DNA from: Candidatus Poribacteria bacterium
GTDB taxonomy: Bacteria > Poribacteria > WGA-4E > WGA-3G
Length of the DNA: 64,000 bases
NCBI GenBank assembly: GCA_963663765.2
Contig: CAXXUA010000015.1
Location: forward strand, 480,001 to 544,000
Reading direction: 5' to 3'
Part shown: one piece after another, positions 27,248 to 36,178 of the stretch
Numbering within the stretch: position 1 is the stretch's first letter
Layout: each line of letters opens with the position of its first letter
Translations under genes and position numbers: made by a program
Notes under the pieces: model-generated
Database searches by the model: none
What the model saw: the letters and a program-made list of their open reading frames with translations, nothing else
Told to the model about the DNA's origin: nothing

Positions 27248-29107
27248 ATGAAACGTACAATCTTTGTTCTAATCGTATTAACTATAGTTGTTACTTTACC
27301 GCCTTTTTACACACAATGGGTAGAATCTCAAAGGTTAAAACAGATACAAACAATTAAGCATCAAGCACGACCAATTTTGGGGCAACCGTTGCAACAGGTT
27401 TTATCTGAACTCAAAAGAAACGAACCGCCTTCAACGGTTATTCTATATACTGGTAACACAAAAAGCCATCTTGAACCGTGCGGGTGTTACCAAGAACAAG
27501 CTGGTGGATTATCAAGGCGGGCTGAAGTTATAAAACAAATTCGACAATGTGGATATCCAACAATTGTCGTTGATGCCGGAAACATATTCGACGGACAAGA
27601 GAAAATAGACGTACAACGCGCCAAAACGAATATGAAAGCATTAGCAGAAATGGACTACGCAACAGTCGCACTGAGTCACACCGATCTCACTTACGATGAC
27701 GATTATCTTATACAACAAAAGAATGTGGCTACGTTCCCATTCTTAGCACCCAATGAAACACAAACGGACTTCACAGAACCTTATGTTACCAAACAAGTTG
27801 GTCAACATACCATCGCATTTGTCGCAGGGAAGGCATCGAAACAAGCCGTATCTGAAGCGGACATTATTGTGGCGTTAGGCAATCCCCGAAAACTTGACAA
27901 TATTGACGTGATAATTCTACCAAACGAAGTAGAAGCATTGGGATCTGGTACCCAGACATTATATGTTGGTTCTAAAGTTGAAGGTAAGACATTAGGTGTA
28001 TTGGCACTGTGGTTAGATACAAATGGTGAAATTACAAATCATTACACAGCGCACATAGCATTGACTGGTGAAGTCGGTGAATCGGAATTAATCCGCAAAA
28101 TGTTAACCGAGTTTTACAAAAGCACAGCCGAAGAAAATAAAAAGTCTGGTCTACCACTCTTTGCCGAACAAGCATTAGAAAAACAGAACAGCGAGTATAT
28201 CTCAGCAAATACTTGCAAAGGTTGCCACGAACAAGAATATCTACAATGGTCAGCAACACGCCACGCTTTCGCTTATCAAACGCTTCTAAAAAAGGAACGT
28301 TACTTTGATCCGAATTGTGTCGCTTGCCATACAACAGGATTCGGTTATGCTACAGGTTACCAGATAGGGGATCAAGACTCAACGCTCAAAGGCGTGCAAT
28401 GTGAAACTTGCCACGGTCCAGGCAAACAACATGCAGGCAATCCCAAGAAAAGCAATATCCGCAGTGGTAAAGATATGTCACTTTGTCTACAGTGCCATGA
28501 TGCAGAACATTCACCAGGCTTTGCAGATGTGGTCACATTGCATACAAAAGATGTCGACCATAGCCGAGCACCGATGAACTTAGAAGAACTTTTAAAATCC
28601 CGAATAGAGCGAATGGGAAAACCAACACTTGAACTCTTTGTAATGAGTTACTGCCCTTTCGGTATCCAAGCAGAAGAAAAACTCATCCCGATTGTCAAGA
28701 AATTCGGTGACAAAATCGACTTCAAACTGCGGTTTATTGCACAAGAAAAGGATGAACTTTCTTCACAAGACATAACACCTTTTGTCAGTTTGCATGGTTA
28801 TCCAGAAGTAGCAGAAAATATGCGGCAGCTACTCATCGCACGAGAATATCCAGAGCAACTTTTAGTTTATCTCCTATGTCGTGGTAAAAAGTTGAACAAA
28901 AGTTGGGAAGATTGTGCAAAGAAACTCGGTATTGATGTGGAAAAAATAAATCGTTTGTTTAATACACCTGAGGCAGAGCAGCTGTTCAGGGAAAACATCA
29001 AACGTGCTGCTGAATTAGGTATAAAAGCATCACCAACGATTTTTGTAGATGGACAAAAATTCCCAACGAGTCAACTACTACGTGCAAGCGGAACACCTTG
29101 CCAGTAA
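27248..29107 (+). CDS. Fusion: 5'-nucleotidase/metallophosphoesterase-like N-domain, tetraheme cytochrome c (c554-like), thioredoxin-fold (DsbA/GILT-like) domain
   Basis: ILYTGN..SHLEPCGC....GG..RRA and VDAGN; CKGCH, CVACH, CETCH, CLQCH; LELFVMSYCPFG, SLHG..E..EN, GIKASPT. Confidence 0.85.
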   Translation: MKRTIFVLIVLTIVVTLPPFYTQWVESQRLKQIQTIKHQARPILGQPLQQVLSELKRNEPPSTVILYTGNTKSHLEPCGCYQEQAGGLSRRAEVIKQIRQCGYPTIVVDAGNIFDGQEKIDVQRAKTNMKALAEMDYATVALSHTDLTYDDDYLIQQKNVATFPFLAPNETQTDFTEPYVTKQVGQHTIAFVAGKASKQAVSEADIIVALGNPRKLDNIDVIILPNEVEALGSGTQTLYVGSKVEGKTLGVLALWLDTNGEITNHYTAHIALTGEVGESELIRKMLTEFYKSTAEENKKSGLPLFAEQALEKQNSEYISANTCKGCHEQEYLQWSATRHAFAYQTLLKKERYFDPNCVACHTTGFGYATGYQIGDQDSTLKGVQCETCHGPGKQHAGNPKKSNIRSGKDMSLCLQCHDAEHSPGFADVVTLHTKDVDHSRAPMNLEELLKSRIERMGKPTLELFVMSYCPFGIQAEEKLIPIVKKFGDKIDFKLRFIAQEKDELSSQDITPFVSLHGYPEVAENMRQLLIAREYPEQLLVYLLCRGKKLNKSWEDCAKKLGIDVEKINRLFNTPEAEQLFRENIKRAAELGIKASPTIFVDGQKFPTSQLLRASGTPCQ

Positions 29108-29179
29108 TTTATGCTTAATTTGTTATTTTCCTGCGTTTTTCACCAATTTTTAGATAAAATTCAAATATTTTATGCCTTA

Positions 29180-29207
29180 TGCACCCTTTTCGGTCTAAAA
29201 CTGTGTC
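29180..29207 (+). promoter_or_regulatory. Island motif
   Basis: TGCACCCTTTT-CGGTCTAAAA-CTGTGTC upstream of 29313. Confidence 0.7.
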
Positions 29208-29312
29208 TTTAATTATAGAGGCTATTTCATACTGATGCGTTGATTCAGAGTTTGCATCATTGGACAACATAAAGTTTTATCTTAACAATATTTCACAAAG
29301 GAGATATAATTA

Positions 29313-29675
29313 ATGATAAAAAGACCTTTGAAAATAATACGCGCCTATCAAGGTGAATTCTTACTCACAGTCATTGTTATGGTCACAATTTTCAGCTTTA
29401 TGACGCTCTTCGGACATGGGTTATCTGATGCGACTCTTTCAAACGAAGCCCCATCTGGTCTGATACCCATAATCAAGCCTGAGTGCATAACAAGACAGGA
29501 CTGTGAAAAACCATACATTATCTGTCCAACCCCAAGAATATCGTGTCCCCAAAAGACGGAAAAAATTGGTAACCATATTATTCCTGACCGGGGGATCATC
29601 AACCCCGCATTAACCGAACCTTGCCAACAAGACACATTAAGTTCGCAAGGAGACACACAAATAAGGAGTTATTGA
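29313..29675 (+). CDS. Small exported Cys-containing protein
   Basis: AAGGAG RBS; hydrophobic N-terminus; C-x5-C-x6-C-x6-C. Confidence 0.65.
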   Translation: MIKRPLKIIRAYQGEFLLTVIVMVTIFSFMTLFGHGLSDATLSNEAPSGLIPIIKPECITRQDCEKPYIICPTPRISCPQKTEKIGNHIIPDRGIINPALTEPCQQDTLSSQGDTQIRSY

Positions 29676-29676
29676 C

Positions 29677-30417
29677 ATGACAAAACAATTACACTGGGCA
29701 ATAGGCGGACTCGCGCTTCTTATAGTCGGTTTCGTGGCATTACAATTATATCTGTATGTTGACATAAAACGGTTCAAAGAGGAAATTGCCGGTCCAGAAC
29801 CCAAAACGGAAACAGAAACCGAACAACTCCCCGAACAGGTGCAAGTGCCTGAAGAGGATAACAGACCACCATCGCCAGATTACGGAGGTAAGTATGAGTG
29901 GCACGGGGATCATTGGCACAGAGTTGATCAACCACCCGTACAACCTGAACCAGATCCAAAAAGACATACCGGTCCTTTGACATACCACAAGGAACTTTTA
30001 GATAAGCATCCTGTTGAGGCACTGCGGCAACAGGCACGGGAATTAGGGCATTGGAGTGCTGAACATATTCCACCGTTTCCGCCAGATGACAATGAGGCAG
30101 CAGAATTCGCACGAGAACTGTATCTCTACAGATACCATAAGTGGACAGGACAGACCGACACCCCTGACTATCTGAAGGCTCTAGAGGCACAGAGTGTAAT
30201 ATTTCATGCACTTAAGGACCGGGAAAATAATTCCCCCTGGGAACTTGCCCGATACCACGATTTGATGAAATTAGTATGGCCCGATACGACGACTGACCCA
30301 TTTCCACACGTCCGTCATCCGACAACCTTCAAAGAGGGGATCAACCCATTAACAGCCCGTCCTTTACTCCCTTTTGAACTTGAGATGTCAAATCTAAAAA
30401 CAGAGGAAAACGACTGA
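29677..30417 (+). CDS. Membrane-anchored hypothetical protein with HGDHWH motif
   Basis: N-terminal TM, Pro-rich linker, WHGDHWH (His-triad-like); AAGGAG RBS. Confidence 0.8.
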   Translation: MTKQLHWAIGGLALLIVGFVALQLYLYVDIKRFKEEIAGPEPKTETETEQLPEQVQVPEEDNRPPSPDYGGKYEWHGDHWHRVDQPPVQPEPDPKRHTGPLTYHKELLDKHPVEALRQQARELGHWSAEHIPPFPPDDNEAAEFARELYLYRYHKWTGQTDTPDYLKALEAQSVIFHALKDRENNSPWELARYHDLMKLVWPDTTTDPFPHVRHPTTFKEGINPLTARPLLPFELEMSNLKTEEND

Positions 30418-30434
30418 TACACAAAGGAGATATC

Positions 30435-32072
30435 ATGCAAAGAATATTCACAGTCCTCACACTAACTTGTTTAACACTCACGTTTTTTGTGTCGTACGCC
30501 GCATACGCTGACTTTAACGGTGATGTTGATGTCGCAGAAAAGAACATAACAACCGACAAGGATGATGCTGATACACAATATAATGTTATGCAGAATGCCA
30601 ATATCCTATATCTTCTGGCGAAATCGGAATATGAGGCAAACGAAACAAAAATTAAAAGAGGTAAGAATGTCACCGCAGTCAAATTGCTGGCTGCAACCGT
30701 GTCTGTGTATGTAAGCGGTACTCTGACTGCACCCGTAGCCGTGAGTACCCTTGTAGATATGCTGGACTTGTCAGCGTCGATAGACGATTCAACAACGCTC
30801 CTTGACGCGTATGAAACCGCGATCTCCAGAAAATACAACGAGGTAGAACAGTTTGATATTCTCTCGATTGCGTACAATATCACGTATGACATCTATATTG
30901 AGGTGCTCGCTGAACATACAGGATGGACTGAATCCTATCTCTCCACGTACATTGAAAACGAATATAATCGTAGACAGGGGATACAACATAACGGTAGTAC
31001 TACTCCCAGTGATAAGCATGGGATCGAGGGGAAAAAAGAATGGGGCGAATATGATGATACATTCCCCTCATATCCTTGTGAAGGTCCCTGTACAGTGAGT
31101 TTCATGACACCAACGAGTGAACACGTAATACAATGTGGTTCCTCCGACGATCCTGGCACTAGTAAGGTTGGAGGATGCTGGTTTCGTTACCATTCTTGCG
31201 ATATCTATGAGAAAGCAATACACACACCAGGACGATGTGAGGGAAAGCTGTGGGATGAGGCATGGACTCGGGGACCTAATGGAGAATCTGTCCCATTTTG
31301 GAGGTTAATTGACTGCGGCGAGTGGACGCGAGTGTGTTTACTCCACGTGGGCGGTCATGCCTTCCCTCTTACTCCAGGTGACAACAACTTCAATATGTTT
31401 CACTTCCTTAATATCTATAACGATGATGGCACTATACAAACCTCTACACAGGCGTACAACAACCTAATCATAGAAGAGCAGACGATCCCATCAAATTCAA
31501 ATCAACTCTGTTCAGCCTGTAATGAAACTTATACATCCAGTGAGACAAGCGAGTGCTCAACTTGTTCAAGTGATGGAGACGAGTCAGCATCTACCGATGG
31601 TTCTTCCGATTGCGCCTCATGTACGAGTACGAACGAGTGTTCTGCGTGCTATACAACTGAGACATCCACTCTTGCAAGTGAAGCCAACACGGAGACTGTG
31701 TCCACAAGTACATCAACGCCTACCGCGCCCGGTTTATATCCTGTGGGGGCATCTTTAGCGACTGTGAACGGTCAAGAGATGCCTTCATTAGCACCGGGTG
31801 ACTCACATACTGCCAAGTTGATTACGAAATCAGGTGGATATGCAATAGTGCATTGGTATTTATTGCCACCTGGGGATAGTAGAACTTACGGTGATGAGTT
31901 GTTTCCGACAACTTACGCGCAAGGTTCTACTGTTGAGACAGAGGTAACCTTTAGTTTTACGTTTCCTTCTAGTGCCGTAGGTGTGTATAAACTCACAGCA
32001 TACATTTATCCGCATTCCAGCGCATCGGATCAGACATGTTATGAGTATAGTTACCTCATTTATGTTTCCTGA
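30435..32072 (+). CDS. Secreted multi-domain Cys-rich protein with C-terminal beta-sandwich-like domain
   Basis: Signal peptide, helical N-part, His/Cys motifs, four CxxC in a Ser/Thr-rich linker. Confidence 0.82.
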   Translation: MQRIFTVLTLTCLTLTFFVSYAAYADFNGDVDVAEKNITTDKDDADTQYNVMQNANILYLLAKSEYEANETKIKRGKNVTAVKLLAATVSVYVSGTLTAPVAVSTLVDMLDLSASIDDSTTLLDAYETAISRKYNEVEQFDILSIAYNITYDIYIEVLAEHTGWTESYLSTYIENEYNRRQGIQHNGSTTPSDKHGIEGKKEWGEYDDTFPSYPCEGPCTVSFMTPTSEHVIQCGSSDDPGTSKVGGCWFRYHSCDIYEKAIHTPGRCEGKLWDEAWTRGPNGESVPFWRLIDCGEWTRVCLLHVGGHAFPLTPGDNNFNMFHFLNIYNDDGTIQTSTQAYNNLIIEEQTIPSNSNQLCSACNETYTSSETSECSTCSSDGDESASTDGSSDCASCTSTNECSACYTTETSTLASEANTETVSTSTSTPTAPGLYPVGASLATVNGQEMPSLAPGDSHTAKLITKSGGYAIVHWYLLPPGDSRTYGDELFPTTYAQGSTVETEVTFSFTFPSSAVGVYKLTAYIYPHSSASDQTCYEYSYLIYVS

Positions 32073-32101
32073 CAAAGTGAATCTATAGTTGTTTTTCACA
32101 T

Positions 32102-32138
32102 AGGCAGGTATCCTTTTTGGATATCTGCCTTTTTTCTT
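32102..32138 (+). terminator. Rho-independent terminator (duplicated at about 35519-35556)
   Basis: AGGCAGGTATCC-TTTTT-GGATATCTGCCT followed by a T-run. Confidence 0.8.
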
Positions 32139-32389
32139 CGGAATTAGTCGTTTTGGACTTGAAAAGTTGTCAAAAAGTGCGATAACCCCTATTTATAGTG
32201 AATTCTATAATTACTTACACACTTTTGTAATTTCATCAATAGACATTTCGGGATTGTATTCGCGTTTACGCACAATATTAGCAAAATCTTTCTCAAGCGG
32301 AACACCTTGTCAATAAAATTTGCTTAGTTTGTTATCTTCCTGCGTTTTTTCACCAATCTTTATATAAAATTCAAATATTTTATGCCGTA

Positions 32390-32416
32390 TGCACCCTTTC
32401 GGTCTAAAACTGTGTC
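32390..32416 (+). promoter_or_regulatory. Island motif (9-nt spacer)
   Basis: TGCACCCTTTC-GGTCTAAAA-CTGTGTC upstream of the TIR gene; lies within a copy of 29085-29213. Confidence 0.65.
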
Positions 32417-32483
32417 TTTAATATATGAAGTGTGACTCTATTTCACAAACATATATTTGAATATTCAACAAACAAAAAATCAA

Positions 32484-33029
32484 ATGAATAATCAACACAA
32501 AGTATTTATCAACTTCTGCCATACTGAAGATCGGCACTATCAGGAACGATTTGAAGAATTGTTTTTAGATGTCTACAGCATCATAGTGTCAAGGTCTATC
32601 AAAATAGGAGACTTTGATAGTACGACATTCTCAACAGAACGCATTCGTCAGCACATACGGGAAAAATATCTCCGAGATTCCACAGTGACTGTTGTGTTGA
32701 TCGGTGCTAATACATGGCATCAGAAATCTGTAGACTGGGGGATCAGCTCCAGTATACGTCAAACAGAATACAACACCCGCTCTGGACTTTTAGGGATTTT
32801 GCTACCGACATATCCAAGACCCCCCGGTAAACACTACGATCCCCGCACAATCCCGCCAAGACTATACGATAACGTCGCATGTGGATTTTCCAAAATCTAC
32901 AGTTGGAACGAGGAACCTTATACCGTCCTGTCCTGGATACATTATGCTCACATACGGAGAACAGAGATACTGCCTAACAACTCACGTGCTCCGTTAACAA
33001 ATAACTTGTCGGGCGAAAGGTGGAACTAA
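32484..33029 (+). CDS. Thoeris ThsB-like TIR domain protein (DUF1863/MTH538-like), catalytic Glu replaced by Gly
   Basis: HKVFINF, IREKYLRDSTVTVVLIG..TW..K.VDWGI..S, GLLGILLP, PPRLYDN. Confidence 0.85.
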   Translation: MNNQHKVFINFCHTEDRHYQERFEELFLDVYSIIVSRSIKIGDFDSTTFSTERIRQHIREKYLRDSTVTVVLIGANTWHQKSVDWGISSSIRQTEYNTRSGLLGILLPTYPRPPGKHYDPRTIPPRLYDNVACGFSKIYSWNEEPYTVLSWIHYAHIRRTEILPNNSRAPLTNNLSGERWN

Positions 33030-33098
33030 ATTGAATGTGCGATACGCGCACGTGTGAACATCTTAACCTTTGACACATTTACAACTGTTTTCACATCT

Positions 33099-33126
33099 TG
33101 CACCCCTTCCGACATAACACTGTGTC
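33099..33126 (+). promoter_or_regulatory. Island motif
   Basis: TGCACCCCTTC-CGACATAACA-CTGTGTC. Confidence 0.65.
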
Positions 33127-33241
33127 TTTAATTGTGAAAGGTGTCATATATCGCTATTGCGGGAATCTATTTCACATATTTGGTGTTAAACCCTAAATTT
33201 AATTAGGAACTCAAACTTGTACTGATATTGGAGGTAATCAA

Positions 33242-33580
33242 ATTGCAAAATTAGGAGACGTAATTTTTGTAGGCGCTTCTGGAAAGAAATACAACTTTAT
33301 AGTTTATACCACGGATACAAAATTCAACGACGTTGGAGCTGTATATATTTTCACGAAACGTCTTCGGAAGTCCGACGGTAGTTACAAATATACACCTCTG
33401 TACATTGGTCAAACTAATTCACTTAAAGATAGAATCCCATCACACGAAGAGTGGCCCTGCGTAAGGAGGCACGGAGTCAATTCTATCTGTATACATATTG
33501 ATGAGAGCAAATCCTCTCGTTTAGTGAAAGAGAAAGACTTGATCGATAGAGGAAGTTCACCTCCTCCATGCAACGATTAG
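33242..33580 (+). pseudogene. Copy of the 40942..41280 GIY-YIG-like gene with ATG changed to ATT
   Basis: Same 339-nt frame and GGAGG RBS; starts ATT GCA instead of ATG ACA. Confidence 0.7.
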
Positions 33581-33734
33581 TGATAGTCATTCACCATAAA
33601 CAGAAAAAGAGTTTTCAAATCGTATATAGTCTATTTTTAGGCTGCTGTTTACCTATGTGCACGTGTGCTGAATGGCATGCGTACGTTCGGAGTTTTAGTT
33701 CCGATCACACTTAGAATCATAAAGGAGAACAACT

Positions 33735-34352
33735 ATGTATATTCTAACTGAAAAAAATGAGATAATTTATACTAAGAATTATTGGATAGGTTTTGAAGGA
33801 AACAAGCTTAATGCTTATTCAGCTTTTTTAGAGGAAAGAAAGGCTGGTCATAAAATTCTTATCGGCCGCTTTGAGGATGAAACTGAAGCAGAAATGGCAC
33901 TCAAAGATATATTTAATGCCATATATCAGGAGAACAAAATTTGGAGTGCAGCAGAGTATAAGGACGAAAAAGATTATACGATTCCAGATGATACGGCTTC
34001 AGATGATGCGACTTCAGACGATACGCCTATGTCTGACTGGCCTAAATGGGAACAAGATGTAGGAGAAATTATAGTTGAAATATATGAGATTAGAGATCCT
34101 TCAGGTCAAATGTTATTCAAACCAAAAGATCTTACAGATTTCTATCCTCATCTAAGAAGCATGTGGCCAGAAAATAACCATATAGGTGCAACTGTTAGCA
34201 AGAAGTTAGCTGATTTAGTAACTCGTGGAGTACTTGAAAAGCCAACCTATAGCCAGTATCGGATTGTTGAAGGTGAACTTTTATTTCTGCATTTGAAATT
34301 ACGAGTCTCAAATCAAAAAATCGATGAGTTGAAAAAACAACTTGACAATTGA
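33735..34352 (+). CDS. Hypothetical protein with C-terminal DpnI-like (Dam-replacing) winged-helix domain
   Basis: F...DL..FYPHL...WPENNHIGATVSKKLADL..RGVLE resembles the DpnI C-terminal wH consensus; AAGGAG RBS. Confidence 0.6.
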   Translation: MYILTEKNEIIYTKNYWIGFEGNKLNAYSAFLEERKAGHKILIGRFEDETEAEMALKDIFNAIYQENKIWSAAEYKDEKDYTIPDDTASDDATSDDTPMSDWPKWEQDVGEIIVEIYEIRDPSGQMLFKPKDLTDFYPHLRSMWPENNHIGATVSKKLADLVTRGVLEKPTYSQYRIVEGELLFLHLKLRVSNQKIDELKKQLDN

Positions 34353-34529
34353 TAGCAAATACCCATGAATACTCTTTATTTCAACAACAAATGGCCGCAC
34401 CTCATGCACACGTGTGCCACTGCAGCACATGTGCGCATGTGATGCGGTACGGAAACCGAATTGGAGGATTGACGCACCCACAAATCTATAGTATACTATC
34501 CCCAACCCCACACGAAAGTAAGCACACAC

Positions 34530-34994
34530 ATGGCAATAAAGAAATCACAACTCTACCCATCATTATGGGAAAGCTGCAACAAACTCCGCGGTGGAATGGA
34601 TGCATCGCAATACAAAGACTATATTCTTACGCTCTTATTTATGAAATATGTCTCCGACAAGGTAGAGAGAAATCCTCGCGAGGTAATAATAGTAGCAGAA
34701 GGCGGTAGTTTCTCCGATATTGTGAAATTGAAAGGTGACAAGGAGATTGCTGATAAGATTAACAAAATTATTGATAAATTCGCTGAGGCAAACGAACAGA
34801 TAAGTGACTTTAATCAAGCTGATTTCAATGACGATAGTAAACTTGGTAAAGGCAAAGAGATGGTGGATCGCTATACCGGTCTCGTGGAAATCTTCAACAA
34901 TCTCGACCTCAGTGCCAATTGCGCTGCAGGAGATGACCTACTCGGTGATGCTTACGAATATCTTATGAGAGAACTCATATTGAGTAAAACATAA
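34530..34994 (+). pseudogene. hsdM: Type I restriction-modification HsdM N-terminal fragment
   Basis: MAIKKSQLY.SLWESC..LRGGMDASQYKDYIL.LLF.KYVSD...DDLLGDAYEYLMR, then abrupt end without the MTase domain. Confidence 0.88.
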
Positions 34995-35164
34995 AGATGT
35001 TGTAAAATAGGGAAAGAAAAGGGGATACTTTACGTCCCTTTATTGTCACTTCAGATATTCATATTATGAGAGGTGTTATTATGACCGACAAGACACAAAA
35101 ACAACCGAAATACAAAAGTATTCCGAAGCAGGTTCCCCGTTAGGAAATTCAGAACGAAAGCCTT

Positions 35165-35495
35165 TAGCTCAAGTTTATCTTTGACGTATACCAGCAGCAC
35201 AGGTTCTGTGTCCATGACTGCCACTGCCAATGCACCGATTTTCGGTGCGGATCTGTATATATATTTTCTAGATCGCACCTATGATTGGAGGAATGAATAT
35301 GGCACGAAAATCGATTGGACTTCTGGGTATAGCAATGCGATGACGTATTCATTACCAGTAAATTATTCATTTCCGGTATCTGCTGCATCTGGGACGTATA
35401 AGTTCACGTTACATGTGTATCCATTTAATAACAGTGGATCGGGTGTTGCGTGGGGTGTTCCGTATGATGTTTTTGAAAATGTTACTGTTGACTGA
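35165..35495 (+). pseudogene. Orphan C-terminal domain related to the end of 30435..32072
   Basis: YSFPVSAASGTYKFTLHVYP vs FTFPSSAVGVYKLTAYIYP; followed by the same 170-bp terminator segment; no convincing start. Confidence 0.6.
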
Positions 35496-35770
35496 AAACT
35501 ATTGCCTTGAAAACTATCAGGCAGGTCTCCTTTTTGGGTATCTGCCTTTTTTCTTTGGAATAAGTCGTTGTGGACTTGAAAAGTTGTCAAAAAGTGCGAT
35601 AACATCCTATTTATAGTGAAATCTAAAAATACTTACACATTTTTATAATATCATCAATAGACAAATCGGGATTGTATTCGCGTTTACGCTTAACGCTCTT
35701 CCGTCAAATCCCCATACTTTAGTTTGTTGATTGTAGACGGAAACCAAAATCGTAATTTGTCAAAACATTC

Positions 35771-35799
35771 TTGACATTTTCACTAAAACTTGCGATACT
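35771..35799 (+). promoter_or_regulatory. Sigma70-type promoter
   Basis: TTGACA-17 nt-GATACT with no ORF downstream. Confidence 0.6.
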
Positions 35800-35805
35800 C
35801 TTTTT

Positions 35806-36099
35806 CGCAGTCGGCATGGGTTCTGATTGATAGTGAAACAATCAGGTAAAAGCCTTGCAATTCAATACTGCTAAAGTTTTCAAAAACATCTATTGCACGT
35901 TTAGGATAGACGCATTGAAAACGCTCACCCGTTTGAAAATCACGTGTCAAAAACAAATAGTTGTCTTCGGCAAGTGGTTAGCTTAGCAACCACTGTGGAG
36001 ACGGATTAAGACGTAGCTCTGATCGACACTGTCTATGAAACACAGGTTTCCCCTGCCTTTAGGTAGTGGGTACTATGACAATGATATAGACAACACAAG
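35806..36099 (+). ncRNA. Putative orphan IS605/TnpB omegaRNA-like RNA
   Basis: Several hairpins; 3' part CCCCTGCCTTTAGGTAGTGGGTACTATGAC (ends 36079) nearly identical to the right end of the tnpB element at 44591-44620. Confidence 0.5.
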
Positions 36100-36178
36100 C
36101 GAATAACTTGTGCATCCACTGCAAGATATTCTGTCATACCGTTATTGCAAATTGGTATCTATGTGTTGAGCGAACAAT

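Noticed and set aside
32484-33029. Complete Thoeris defence system
   Set aside because: No ThsA (SIR2/Macro) gene in the window and the TIR catalytic Glu is absent
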